Shown here piece after piece: positions 55,421 to 64,000 of a stretch of DNA of 64,000 bases. Position 1 is the stretch's first letter. Every line of letters starts with the position of its first letter. The notes beneath the pieces were generated by a model. That model saw nothing but the letters and a program-made list of their open reading frames with translations, did not search any database and was not told where the DNA came from. The position numbers and the translations under genes are program-made. The DNA comes from Candidatus Obscuribacteraceae bacterium (GTDB lineage Bacteria > Cyanobacteriota > Vampirovibrionia > Obscuribacterales > Obscuribacteraceae), in NCBI GenBank assembly GCA_044229845.1, contig JBGASG010000001.1, forward strand, positions 928,001 to 992,000, written 5' to 3'.

Positions 55421-56032
55421 GTGGATGCAATCGGTGAGGTTCTTACATCGTCGATCGTCGGTTTTACCGGCGAATTCTGGAACGCCGACGACGGTAGCAT
55501 GGTGCGCGCCAACTTGCAGATGCCGCGCTTCGGCAGTTTCGTGCGCGCCGAATCCAGCGACACCGGGCTGAACGTATTTGGTGTCGTCTACAACGTGGTT
55601 ACCGGTCCGCAAGACAGCATGCACAAGCCCACGGCGCTGCGCATGTCGCGCGACGAATTGCGGCTGCAGCAGCCCCATATTTTTTCGCTCTTGCGCACTG
55701 AGGTCTATGCCACCATCGTCGGTTACGAGTTGGAAGGTCAATACCACAAGCGGCTGCCGCCGCACCCGCCTCTGGTGCATGACTTTCTCTTCAAGTGTCT
55801 TCCCGAAGAAGTGGTGGCGATCACCGAAGATTTCGATTTCGTGCGCTTCCTGACCGAGGTGCCGGTGGTGCCGATTGACGAATTAATCGCCTCTGCCGTG
55901 CAAGAGGCATACCAGGCGCGCAACCGCGACTACAAATTTCTCGTCACCGCCGGTCAAACCATCTCGCGCCTGATTCCCGGCGACTACGATCGGCTGGTTT
56001 CGGTGCTCCGCAAAATCCGCCCCACCGACTAG
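55421..56032 (+). CDS. HAS-barrel domain protein (cyanobacterial type)
   Basis: IGEV, MPRFGSFV, VFGVVYNV.T.P.DS.H.P.AL, QPHIF.LL.T and RLPP.PP.VH motifs. Confidence 0.75.
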   Translation: MDAIGEVLTSSIVGFTGEFWNADDGSMVRANLQMPRFGSFVRAESSDTGLNVFGVVYNVVTGPQDSMHKPTALRMSRDELRLQQPHIFSLLRTEVYATIVGYELEGQYHKRLPPHPPLVHDFLFKCLPEEVVAITEDFDFVRFLTEVPVVPIDELIASAVQEAYQARNRDYKFLVTAGQTISRLIPGDYDRLVSVLRKIRPTD

Positions 56033-56050
56033 TCAGTCGTCTATAACTAA

Positions 56051-56082
56051 TATGCATAAATCGAGGGGTCGTTTTATGCATA
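56051..56082. repeat. AT-rich inverted repeat between convergent genes
   Basis: TATGCATAAA-N12-TTTATGCATA. Confidence 0.55.
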
Positions 56083-56099
56083 ATACGCATAAAGCGGAT

Positions 56100-56978
56100 T
56101 TACGCGACCGCCGAATCCTGGTCGCCGTACTTCAGGTACACCGCGACACCGATGCTCACGAGAATCAGCAATAGTGTGGAGACCGCGGAACCGAAAGCCC
56201 AGTCGCGCACCACGAGAAACTGGTTCTGGATGAGCGAGCCGATGTACATGTGCTTGGCACCGCCCATGAGGTCAGGCGTCACATAGTCGCCGAGGCTGGG
56301 CACGAAGGTCATGATTACACCGGCGACGATACCACGCGCCGAAAGCGGAATAATCACCCGCCACAACACTGTCCACCACCCGGCGCCCAGGTCGCGCGCG
56401 GCTTCTATATAGCGCTTGTCCAGTTTCTCCAGAGCGGCATACAAAGGAAGAATCATGAACGGCAGGTAGTTGTACACCATGCCCAGCAGCACTGCCCAAT
56501 CCGTATACAGAATCACCGGCGGATTGGCGATGCCCAACATCTGCAGCGTGTGCGTCAAAAATCCGGTCGGGCGCAAAATCACAATCCACGCGTAGATGCG
56601 CAGCAAGAACGACGTCCACAAAGGTGCCGCGAGCAATGTCATGCAGAGATTCTGCCGCCGCGCCGGCACAATCAGCGCCAGCCACAAGGCAAGGGGAAAC
56701 CCGATCAGTAGGCATGTGGTCGTCGTCGATAGCGCCAGCCCCAGCGACCGCCCCAATGTGTTGAGATACGGTCCTGTAACGAACCGCACATAGTTGTCAG
56801 GGTTGATGCTCAGGACGATGCGCCCGAGCGGGTCGCGTGTGCCGAGGCTGAAGACCAGGATGATCGCCATGGGCACCAGCATGAAGACCGCGAGCCAGAT
56901 GCCCGTCGGCGCCAATAGCAGTCTGGATAAGGGAAACGGGCTGCGGCGCGAAACTGTTACTGCTGTGCTGGTCGTCAT
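56100..56978 (-). CDS. potB: Spermidine/putrescine ABC transporter permease (PotB-like)
   Basis: PLWTSFLLRIYAW, YNYLPFMILPLY, EAARDLGA and PDLMGG motifs. Confidence 0.85.
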   Translation of the reverse strand: MTTSTAVTVSRRSPFPLSRLLLAPTGIWLAVFMLVPMAIILVFSLGTRDPLGRIVLSINPDNYVRFVTGPYLNTLGRSLGLALSTTTTCLLIGFPLALWLALIVPARRQNLCMTLLAAPLWTSFLLRIYAWIVILRPTGFLTHTLQMLGIANPPVILYTDWAVLLGMVYNYLPFMILPLYAALEKLDKRYIEAARDLGAGWWTVLWRVIIPLSARGIVAGVIMTFVPSLGDYVTPDLMGGAKHMYIGSLIQNQFLVVRDWAFGSAVSTLLLILVSIGVAVYLKYGDQDSAVA

Positions 56979-57115
56979 CTGCGGCTGTGCTGGTGGTGTT
57001 TTGCCTATGTTAGTAAATGCTGATCATTTACTCAATCGCGTATATCGAAGTGCTATTGTAGGCAATCTGGCACGCGTTCGTGTCGTTTGAAAACAGCGAG
57101 TTCGAGGGGTTTCCA

Positions 57116-58381
57116 ATGGGACAAGTTATCGACAAGACTTACAACGGCCTCAAGGTTCCGCAAGGCGAAAAGATTTCCTTCGCCGATGGCAAACCCGTCA
57201 CGCCGACTCATCCGATCATTCCGTTCATCGAAGGCGACGGCACCGGTCCGGACATTTGGAAAGCATCGCAACGTGTATTCGATGCCGCCGTCAAGAAAGC
57301 CTACGGCGACAAACGCAAAATCGTCTGGTTTGAAGTATTCGCCGGCGAGAAAGCCAAAGAACAACACGGCGATTGGCTGCCGCAAGACACCCTCGACGCC
57401 ATCCGTGAATTCGGCGTTGCCATCAAAGGACCGCTCAGCACGCCAGTCGGCGGCGGCATCCGCAGCTTGAACGTCACCCTGCGTCAAGTATTCGATCTGT
57501 ATTGCTGCGTACGTCCGGTTCGTTACTTCCAGGGCGTGCCATCGCCAGTAGTGGCACCGGAAAAACTCGATGTCGTCATCTTCCGTGAAAACACCGAAGA
57601 CGTATATTCCGGCATCGAATACCCGGCAGAGTCCGAAGAAGCCCGCAAAGTGATCAGCTTGATCGAAGGCTTCGGCAAGAAGATCCGTCCGGACTCCGGC
57701 ATCGGCATCAAGCCCATCTCCAAAACCGGTTCGCAACGTCTCGTGCGCCGCGCCATCGAGTACGCCATCGAGCACAAACGCAAGTCTGTGACCATGGTGC
57801 ACAAAGGCAACATCCAGAAGTTCACCGAAGGCGCATTCAGAGACTGGGGCTATCAGTTGGCCGAAGCTGAATTCAGCCACGTCATCGTCACCGAAGAAAA
57901 ACTGGCTGCCGAATACGACGGCAAGCTGCCGGAAGGCAAGATTTTGCTTAACGACAGAATCGCCGACTCGATGTTCCAGCAAGTGCTGACCCGTCCGGAT
58001 GAGTACGCCGTCCTCGCGACGACCAACCTCAACGGCGACTACCTCTCCGATGCTTGCGCCGCGCAAGTCGGCGGATTGGGCATCGCCCCCGGTGCCAACA
58101 TCGGCGACAGCTGCGCGGTGTTCGAAGCCACCCACGGCACCGCTCCGAAGTACGCCAACAAAGACGTCATCAACCCGGGTTCGGTAATTCTTTCCGGCGT
58201 CATGATGCTTGAGTACCTCGGCTGGACCGAAGCTCGCGACCTGATCGTCAACGCCTTCTCGAAGACCATCCAAGAGAAAGTGGTGACCTACGATCTCGAG
58301 CGCTTGATGAAGGGCGCAACCAAGGTGAAAACCAGCGAGTTCGCCAACAAGATCATCGAAATCATGGAATCAGCCAAGTAA
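57116..58381 (+). CDS. icd: NADP-dependent isocitrate dehydrogenase
   Basis: [44 protein letters not shown] and [12 protein letters not shown] motifs; start placed at ATG 57116. Confidence 0.96.
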   Translation: MGQVIDKTYNGLKVPQGEKISFADGKPVTPTHPIIPFIEGDGTGPDIWKASQRVFDAAVKKAYGDKRKIVWFEVFAGEKAKEQHGDWLPQDTLDAIREFGVAIKGPLSTPVGGGIRSLNVTLRQVFDLYCCVRPVRYFQGVPSPVVAPEKLDVVIFRENTEDVYSGIEYPAESEEARKVISLIEGFGKKIRPDSGIGIKPISKTGSQRLVRRAIEYAIEHKRKSVTMVHKGNIQKFTEGAFRDWGYQLAEAEFSHVIVTEEKLAAEYDGKLPEGKILLNDRIADSMFQQVLTRPDEYAVLATTNLNGDYLSDACAAQVGGLGIAPGANIGDSCAVFEATHGTAPKYANKDVINPGSVILSGVMMLEYLGWTEARDLIVNAFSKTIQEKVVTYDLERLMKGATKVKTSEFANKIIEIMESAK

Positions 58382-58393
58382 GACCATTTGCAT

Positions 58394-58425
58394 GAGAGGG
58401 GCGGCATTCGTGTCGCCCCTCTTTT
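58394..58425 (+). terminator. Rho-independent terminator after icd
   Basis: AGAGGGGCGGCA-TTCG-TGTCGCCCCTCT followed by TTT. Confidence 0.85.
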
Positions 58426-58457
58426 AGTTAGAACGGACAGGCGGCGGAGGAGGAGCA

Positions 58458-58667
58458 ATGTCGCAACATCAAGGACAGCGCGAGAAAGCGATTTATCTCA
58501 GGCAGTGGGTCGGCGAGAAGGTGCTTACGGTCACCGCCAACTCTTCCAATTACACAGGACGGCTGACGAACATCGTTTTCGATGGCTCGCGCCTGATGTA
58601 CATTCTGCTTGACGATCAGGTCTGCCTCAATTTCGATCACATCGTCGAAATTCGCCTCGAGAAGTAG
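58458..58667 (+). CDS. Small 69-aa protein, possible Sm/Hfq-like beta-barrel
   Basis: Strong GGAGGAGGAG RBS; stop overlaps the fmt start; helix followed by VGEKVLTVT...YTGRL...NFDHIVEIR. Confidence 0.65.
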   Translation: MSQHQGQREKAIYLRQWVGEKVLTVTANSSNYTGRLTNIVFDGSRLMYILLDDQVCLNFDHIVEIRLEK

Positions 58668-59638
58668 TGAGAATCATCTACCTGGGCACGCCGGAATTTG
58701 CGGTGCCGACTCTGGAGAAGCTGATCTCCTGGGACGGCGCCGAAGTCGTTGGTCTCGTCACGCAACCGGATCGACCGGCCGGGCGCGGCAACAAGGTGAT
58801 ACCACCGCCGACCAAGGTGGTGGCTGAGAAGCACGGCATCCCGGTCTTGCAACCGGAGAAATTATCTAAGTCACCGGATGTGGTGCAGTCCATGCGCGAC
58901 ATGCAGCCGGATGTGCTGGTGATGGTGGCATTCGGGCAGATTCTTAAGAAGGAAGTCTTGACGATGGCGCCGATGGGCGTCGTCAATCTGCATGGTTCGG
59001 TGCTGCCCGCGCTTCGCGGTGCGGCGCCGATCAACTGGTCGATTATCAATGGCGACAAGACTGCCGGCATCACGACGATGTTTTCGGAAGCCGGTGTCGA
59101 CACCGGACCGATGTTGTTGAAGCACGAAGTCCAATTAGGTCAGGACACGACGGCGGAAGAACTGGCGCACGAGCTATCTATTATCGGCGCGGATCTGGTG
59201 CTGGAGACATTGAAACAACTGCAAGCCGGAACATTGCAAGGCACGCCGCAAGACGACAGTCTTGCCACGATGGCGCCGCGCCTGGATAAGGAACTCGGAC
59301 GCATCGATTGGTCTCAGGCGGCGCGCAAGATACACAATCTGGTGCGTGGACTGGTGCCGTGGCCGGGGACGTTCACGACGTTTCGCGGCGATGTGCTGAA
59401 GATACATAAGACGGCGCGCGTTAACGCCAAGCGACCGCCTGGTGCTGCGGTGGGGGAGCTGTTTCAGGATGGTGGCAACATCTTCGTTGCCTGCGGACCC
59501 AATGCGGATGACGCGATTCAGTTGATTGAGGTGCAGCCGCCCAATAAGGCGCGCATGAGCGCCCGCGATTGGATGAACGGTGCCCACGTCACGGTCGGTG
59601 AGCGCCTCGGCGTTGACATCGCCAAACCGGTTAGCTAG
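58667..59638 (+). CDS. fmt: Methionyl-tRNA formyltransferase
   Basis: GTPEFAVP, VTQPDRPAGRG, NLHGSVLP.LRGAAPI and GVDTGP motifs. Confidence 0.96.
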   Translation: MRIIYLGTPEFAVPTLEKLISWDGAEVVGLVTQPDRPAGRGNKVIPPPTKVVAEKHGIPVLQPEKLSKSPDVVQSMRDMQPDVLVMVAFGQILKKEVLTMAPMGVVNLHGSVLPALRGAAPINWSIINGDKTAGITTMFSEAGVDTGPMLLKHEVQLGQDTTAEELAHELSIIGADLVLETLKQLQAGTLQGTPQDDSLATMAPRLDKELGRIDWSQAARKIHNLVRGLVPWPGTFTTFRGDVLKIHKTARVNAKRPPGAAVGELFQDGGNIFVACGPNADDAIQLIEVQPPNKARMSARDWMNGAHVTVGERLGVDIAKPVS

Positions 59639-61093
59639 ATGAAAGGTGTAGCGGCACGACGAGTGGCGGTAGAGGTTCTGCTCAAAGTCGAGCAGGAGAA
59701 TGCCTACGCCAATCTGGCTCTGAATGCTGCTTTCGAGAGGAAACATCAAATGTCGGAACGCGACCGGGCGTTCGCGACGTTTCTTGTGCAGGGTGTATTG
59801 CGCCATCGCGGCGAACTCGATGAGGCGATCCGCCCGTTTCTCAAAAGACCGATGGACAAACTGGCAGCATCCTTGAGAAACGTGCTGCGACTGGGTGTCT
59901 TCCAGTTGGTCCACGCGACCGACATACCACCATCCGCGGTGCTCAACACAAGCGCCGAGGTGGCAAAGTTAATGGGTCATGCAGGAAACGCCAGCGTCAC
60001 CACCGCCGTCCTGCGAAACTTCTTGCGCCAGCTGGAAGAGCAGCGGGCCGTATCCGGCGACGCGGACGCATCCGGCCGGGGAGCGCACCAGTCGGGCAGC
60101 GATGCATTGCCCGCCGGCGACGCCGCCGCTTTCGACAGCGAGAAACTGGCGGAGCGCTACGGCGTCAGCCACTGGCTGGTGGACAAGTGGAAGACCACGT
60201 TCGGCGCTGAAGAGTGCATGAAACTTCTGGCTTATTCGCAGAGTGTGCCACCACTGACGCTGCGCGTTTGTACGGGCAGCATCACCGCCGAAGGCTTGAG
60301 CGAAATTCTGGAACGCAAAGGTGTGAAGGTGCGGCGCGGGCATCTCGTTCCCGATTGTCTGGTGGTCGAGGATCGCAAGGCGGTGCGCGGACCAATTGAG
60401 AAACTGCCAGGTTTCAACGAAGGCTTGTTCGTTGTCCAGGATGAGGCGGCGGCATTCGTTTCCGAAGTAGTGGATGCGAAACCAGGCGAGACCATCGTCG
60501 ACCTGTGCGCCGCTCCGGGCGGCAAAACTGTACACCTGGCCGAAAAAATGGAGAACAAAGGGCGCGTGATTGCGGTCGACGTGCACGCCAACCGCCTCAA
60601 CCTTTTGAAGGAAACGCGCAACCGGCTGGGGCTCACCAACATCGAAATCAAGATCGCCGACGGCGTTGAATTTATGCCTGACCGAGAGGCGAATAAAGTT
60701 TTGCTCGATGCACCGTGCACTGGCACCGGTGTCATCAACCGTCGCACCGACTTGCGATTTAAGCGCGAGGCGCCCCATCTCAGCGATCTGGTCGAACTGC
60801 AGCGCAAGCTGCTTGCGCAGTCCGCCAAGATGATTGCGCCGGGCGGCGAGCTTGTCTACTCGACGTGTTCGATCGAACCCGAGGAAAACGAGCAGAACAT
60901 CGCCTGGTTCCTTGAACAGCACCCCGAATTCCAACTGGATGACATACGCAGCTATGTCCCCGCTGACCTGCAGACTGAATGGTTCACCGATACCACCAAT
61001 CACGGTGCCATTCAGCTTATGCCTACGCGCCACGGCGTTTCAGGCTTCTACGTCGCCAAACTGAAAAAGGCTCCCGCATTAACAGAAGATTGA
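59639..61093 (+). CDS. rsmB: 16S rRNA m5C967 methyltransferase RsmB/Sun
   Basis: NusB-like N-terminus; VQDE, DLCAAPGGKT, DAPCTGTG and YSTCS motifs. Confidence 0.94.
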   Translation: MKGVAARRVAVEVLLKVEQENAYANLALNAAFERKHQMSERDRAFATFLVQGVLRHRGELDEAIRPFLKRPMDKLAASLRNVLRLGVFQLVHATDIPPSAVLNTSAEVAKLMGHAGNASVTTAVLRNFLRQLEEQRAVSGDADASGRGAHQSGSDALPAGDAAAFDSEKLAERYGVSHWLVDKWKTTFGAEECMKLLAYSQSVPPLTLRVCTGSITAEGLSEILERKGVKVRRGHLVPDCLVVEDRKAVRGPIEKLPGFNEGLFVVQDEAAAFVSEVVDAKPGETIVDLCAAPGGKTVHLAEKMENKGRVIAVDVHANRLNLLKETRNRLGLTNIEIKIADGVEFMPDREANKVLLDAPCTGTGVINRRTDLRFKREAPHLSDLVELQRKLLAQSAKMIAPGGELVYSTCSIEPEENEQNIAWFLEQHPEFQLDDIRSYVPADLQTEWFTDTTNHGAIQLMPTRHGVSGFYVAKLKKAPALTED

Positions 61094-61181
61094 GCCCACC
61101 GCTCCACCCTCCTAAATCGGGTATGACTGTAGTAGGCCTTATCGGCTACTCTTTTGGAGGCTCCCTCGCGGAGTAAAAACT

Positions 61182-62054
61182 ATGGGAATCGGATTGGAAC
61201 TAGTACACCTCTTTTGGGCGCTCGGCTTCATTATGTTGGCGCTGATGGCGTCGGCGCTGAAGTTCGTCAATGAATACGACCGGCTTGTCGTGTTCCGATT
61301 CGGTCGCGTTACCGGAGTCAAGGGACCTGGACCAGTATTCATCATTCCGCTCATCGAGCGATACAAGAAAGTCGACATGCGCATGGTGACAATGTCGATT
61401 CCCATGCAAGAAACGATCACGAAGGACAACGTTTCCGCGAAGACGGCTGCTGTCTGTTTCTTCCAGGTCGTTGATCCATATAAAGTGATCACCAAAATCG
61501 AAGACCCGTACAATGCCACCAACCAGATAGCGCAAACCACATTGCGCAGCGTCATCGGTCAACACGAACTCGATGAGTTGCTCTCCGAGCGCGATCTGAT
61601 CAACGCCAAGTTGCAAGCCATGATCGACCGGCAGACTGAAGACTGGGGCATCAAAGTCAACGCCGTCGAAGTGAAGGACGTGGAAATTCCCGAGATGATG
61701 CAGCGCGCCATGGCACGTCAGGCGGAAGCCGAACGCGAACGCCGCGCCAAAGTTGTTGCCGCCGACGGTGAATTGCAGGCCGCCGAGAAACTCGCTCAAG
61801 CCGCCGCCAAGATTGGCAGCGAGCCGGGAGCGATGCAGTTGCGGCAGTTGCAAACCATGGTGGAAGTCTCCGCCGAAAAGAACAGCACACTTATCTTCCC
61901 GGTGCCCATCGAACTGCTCGCATTTGCAGATAAGTTCACAGGCAACAGAGCCAGTGCGGCGCTGACACCAAAGCTGGTGACCGAGCCATCGTCGAATGCG
62001 AACTCAGACGGCGATACCATTAACCTTAAAGAGACCAAAAAAGAGAAAGCCTAG
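61182..62054 (+). CDS. SPFH/stomatin-like (slipin) membrane protein
   Basis: VVFRFGR, QETITKDNV, AQTTLRSVIG and QAEAERERRAK motifs. Confidence 0.93.
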   Translation: MGIGLELVHLFWALGFIMLALMASALKFVNEYDRLVVFRFGRVTGVKGPGPVFIIPLIERYKKVDMRMVTMSIPMQETITKDNVSAKTAAVCFFQVVDPYKVITKIEDPYNATNQIAQTTLRSVIGQHELDELLSERDLINAKLQAMIDRQTEDWGIKVNAVEVKDVEIPEMMQRAMARQAEAERERRAKVVAADGELQAAEKLAQAAAKIGSEPGAMQLRQLQTMVEVSAEKNSTLIFPVPIELLAFADKFTGNRASAALTPKLVTEPSSNANSDGDTINLKETKKEKA

Positions 62055-62251
62055 CTAGGGACCTTCTGGCGCGACGACGTCTGTGCTTGTGTGCGGTTCG
62101 ATTCAAAGCCTTCGACACGCCATGAGTTTCCGCGAAGTCCAGACTGCCGAATTTCGCGCATACTCTTTAGGCATCATCGGGTCGGCTATGTTTGTTATGC
62201 CGCATATGAGCCTATTGCTCATTGTCTCACGCAGCCCAAATTTGAGACAGG

Positions 62252-62395
62252 TGTCCGCCGTGGCGGACAGTTTATGGTTAGCTGACCGCCACGGCGGCCG
62301 GCTAAGTCATTATTCGGCCGCCACGGCGGTCAAACTGAAGCGCATTGGCCGCCGCGGCGGTCATCTCTGCGATTCTGTGGCCGCCATGGCGGTCA
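62252..62395. repeat. Phased palindrome array 3 (5 units; periods 31, 32, 31, 32)
   Basis: Units at 62252 TGTCCGCCGTGGCGGACA, 62283 TGACCGCCACGGCGGCCG, 62315 CGGCCGCCACGGCGGTCA, 62346 TGGCCGCCGCGGCGGTCA and 62378 TGGCCGCCATGGCGGTCA. Confidence 0.92.
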
Positions 62396-62439
62396 CGAAA
62401 TAGGGCGCGCCTGGTTTGGTTCGCGTTTCGACCTAGTTA

Positions 62440-63324
62440 TTATGGCGCCGTTTTGGGAGTGAGACCCTTTGGCGTGATGGCGGTGAGTTCTTCGTCGGAC
62501 GCAGTTTGTGTACCGCCACTGAGCGATGTCCCGGATGGAGTATTCGGCGACGGCTTCAGCTTCGACGTGGCGATGTCGTAGCTCTTCTCGTGATAACTCA
62601 CGTAAGCCGGATTGATCTTCTTATACTGATCGATCCACTCTTCGTAGGTGGGGGGCAGTTCCTTGTACCAGTACGCATTCCACGAGGGATAGCCCATCTT
62701 CTCAGCGTGTTGTTTCCACCTCGTTTCGTAAAACGCATTCATTTCCTTGAGCGCGCTGTACTCCAATTTGGTGGCACGCGACAAGTATTCGTCCTTGGTC
62801 AACTTGCCTTGCGCGGCCAACTTCCAGGTTTCTTCAAAGTCTGTGTCGTTGCGGCTGTTGAAAAATTCGTAGATGACGCCGGACCACATTTGCTCGGGCG
62901 CGGCCGCCAAGCCATCAGAGCGCGTCTTCTGCACGCAAATCCAACCGCTGTTTTTGTTGAGGTCGTAATTGTGGAACGCGCCAAATTGCTGCACCCCACT
63001 TTTCTTGGAGGTCTTGTTCTTCCACTTATAGCGCCGCGCTCCACCGTTGCCCGCAAACTGTTGAGCCGACCACAGCCAAACATCGTCACCTTTCGCGACC
63101 AGTTCCCGCATCGCCTTGCGGTCCGCAAGCATGCGCTTCAGCTGTTTCTCGCCAAATTTAAGGTCGGCTTTGGAAATCTGCGGCTCGGAATTCTCGGCAA
63201 CCGCAGTTTCATGCCCGCTCACCAGGAATGAGCAGGTGAGAACAGCTAACACAAGAAATGGCTGAGGTGTGCGAAGCACGAAACACCGAGTCGAGTCAGT
63301 CTCACTATAATCTAACACCTTCAC
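62440..63324 (-). CDS. Exported hypothetical protein
   Basis: 294-aa ORF with a hydrophobic signal-like segment; start uncertain. Confidence 0.65.
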   Translation of the reverse strand: MKVLDYSETDSTRCFVLRTPQPFLVLAVLTCSFLVSGHETAVAENSEPQISKADLKFGEKQLKRMLADRKAMRELVAKGDDVWLWSAQQFAGNGGARRYKWKNKTSKKSGVQQFGAFHNYDLNKNSGWICVQKTRSDGLAAAPEQMWSGVIYEFFNSRNDTDFEETWKLAAQGKLTKDEYLSRATKLEYSALKEMNAFYETRWKQHAEKMGYPSWNAYWYKELPPTYEEWIDQYKKINPAYVSYHEKSYDIATSKLKPSPNTPSGTSLSGGTQTASDEELTAITPKGLTPKTAP

Positions 63325-63357
63325 CAGTGAGATGCGCGACCACCGAGCGGTGAGGCA

Positions 63358-64000
63358 TTATTTGTCGCCGTTGATGAATAGTTTGTCGATCGCTGGTCCT
63401 GCTGTGTTTTTGTAGTAGTCCTTCACTCCACCTTCGATTAGCTTGTCGACAATGGGTTTGGAGACCGTTTTGCCCAGGGCGAGACCACCCGAGCCGGCGC
63501 CGACTATGCCACGCAACCCGCTTTTGCGAGCGGCGAGCATCGCTATCCCCGTGACAGTTAGCGTGATGCCCGCCACATAGGGCGCGTCTTCGCGGGACAA
63601 CTCATAATCCGTGTAAGTGTCTTTGAGTGAGGACTTTTTGGCACTGTGATCCTTTTGGTTGGCCACAATCAGATCGGCGAGGAGATTCAAGTCATGGCTA
63701 CTGAGCTTGTCACCAGTTTTTGAGCCGGCAGCGGAGATGTCTCTGATGGTGTCGAAGTTCTGCCAGATGTACTTCGCGGCTTCGAGCACGCCGGGTTCGA
63801 GCGATTTGGGATATCTGATCATTTGCTCCAGCGAGTCGCGGGTGACATCACCTTTTCTGCTTTCTACCAATCTCACTGCAGCCGACATCGGGATGGGAAC
63901 CCGCTCGTTGATTACCACCGGTCCCTCGAACGCTGGTGTCTCCGGATCAATGGTGGGCAGCTGTTTTATGACCGAGCCGTCCCGAACGACGGGAGGCGCT
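63358..64000 (-). CDS. Hypothetical protein, probably truncated at its 5' end by the window edge
   Basis: The ORF frame appears open to the window end; C-terminal Gly-rich hydrophobic segment. Confidence 0.55.
   Translation of the reverse strand, partial: APPVVRDGSVIKQLPTIDPETPAFEGPVVINERVPIPMSAAVRLVESRKGDVTRDSLEQMIRYPKSLEPGVLEAAKYIWQNFDTIRDISAAGSKTGDKLSSHDLNLLADLIVANQKDHSAKKSSLKDTYTDYELSREDAPYVAGITLTVTGIAMLAARKSGLRGIVGAGSGGLALGKTVSKPIVDKLIEGGVKDYYKNTAGPAIDKLFINGDK

Overview
This is a GC-rich bacterial chromosomal window. The gene set suggests a non-photosynthetic cyanobacterial relative (Melainabacteria/Vampirovibrionia, Obscuribacterales-like): a HAS-barrel protein, a prenyltransferase-DUF212 pair, a GHL10 hydrolase, membrane Hanks kinases and many TPR proteins, with no photosynthesis genes. 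That taxonomy is an inference, not a search result. Housekeeping content: tRNA-Val(TAC), tRNA-Val(GAC), tRNA-Cys(GCA), smpB, rpsL-rpsG-fusA without tuf, mnmH, icd, fmt-rsmB, moaCB, nnr, dps, ABC transporter parts and a DUF1800/DUF1501 pair. Accessory content: a putative Zur-regulated TonB/TonB-dependent receptor locus, a Phd-VapC toxin-antitoxin pair, two broken genes (TPR, HtrA) and several paralog clusters. The most unusual signals are: (1) three dispersed polar arrays of an 18-bp palindrome repeated every 31-33 bp (about 3 helical turns) with variable 13-14 bp spacers, one lying between a tandem ribbon-helix-helix gene and a PLD-HTH gene; (2) a cluster of two membrane Ser/Thr kinases, a LysM plus papain-like Cys-His-Asn protein and two PsbP/DcrB-like paralogs; (3) an LD-carboxypeptidase coupled to an apparently inactive paralog; (4) a structured, probably antisense RNA candidate in an oversized rpsG-fusA spacer; (5) a nested AT-rich inverted repeat.
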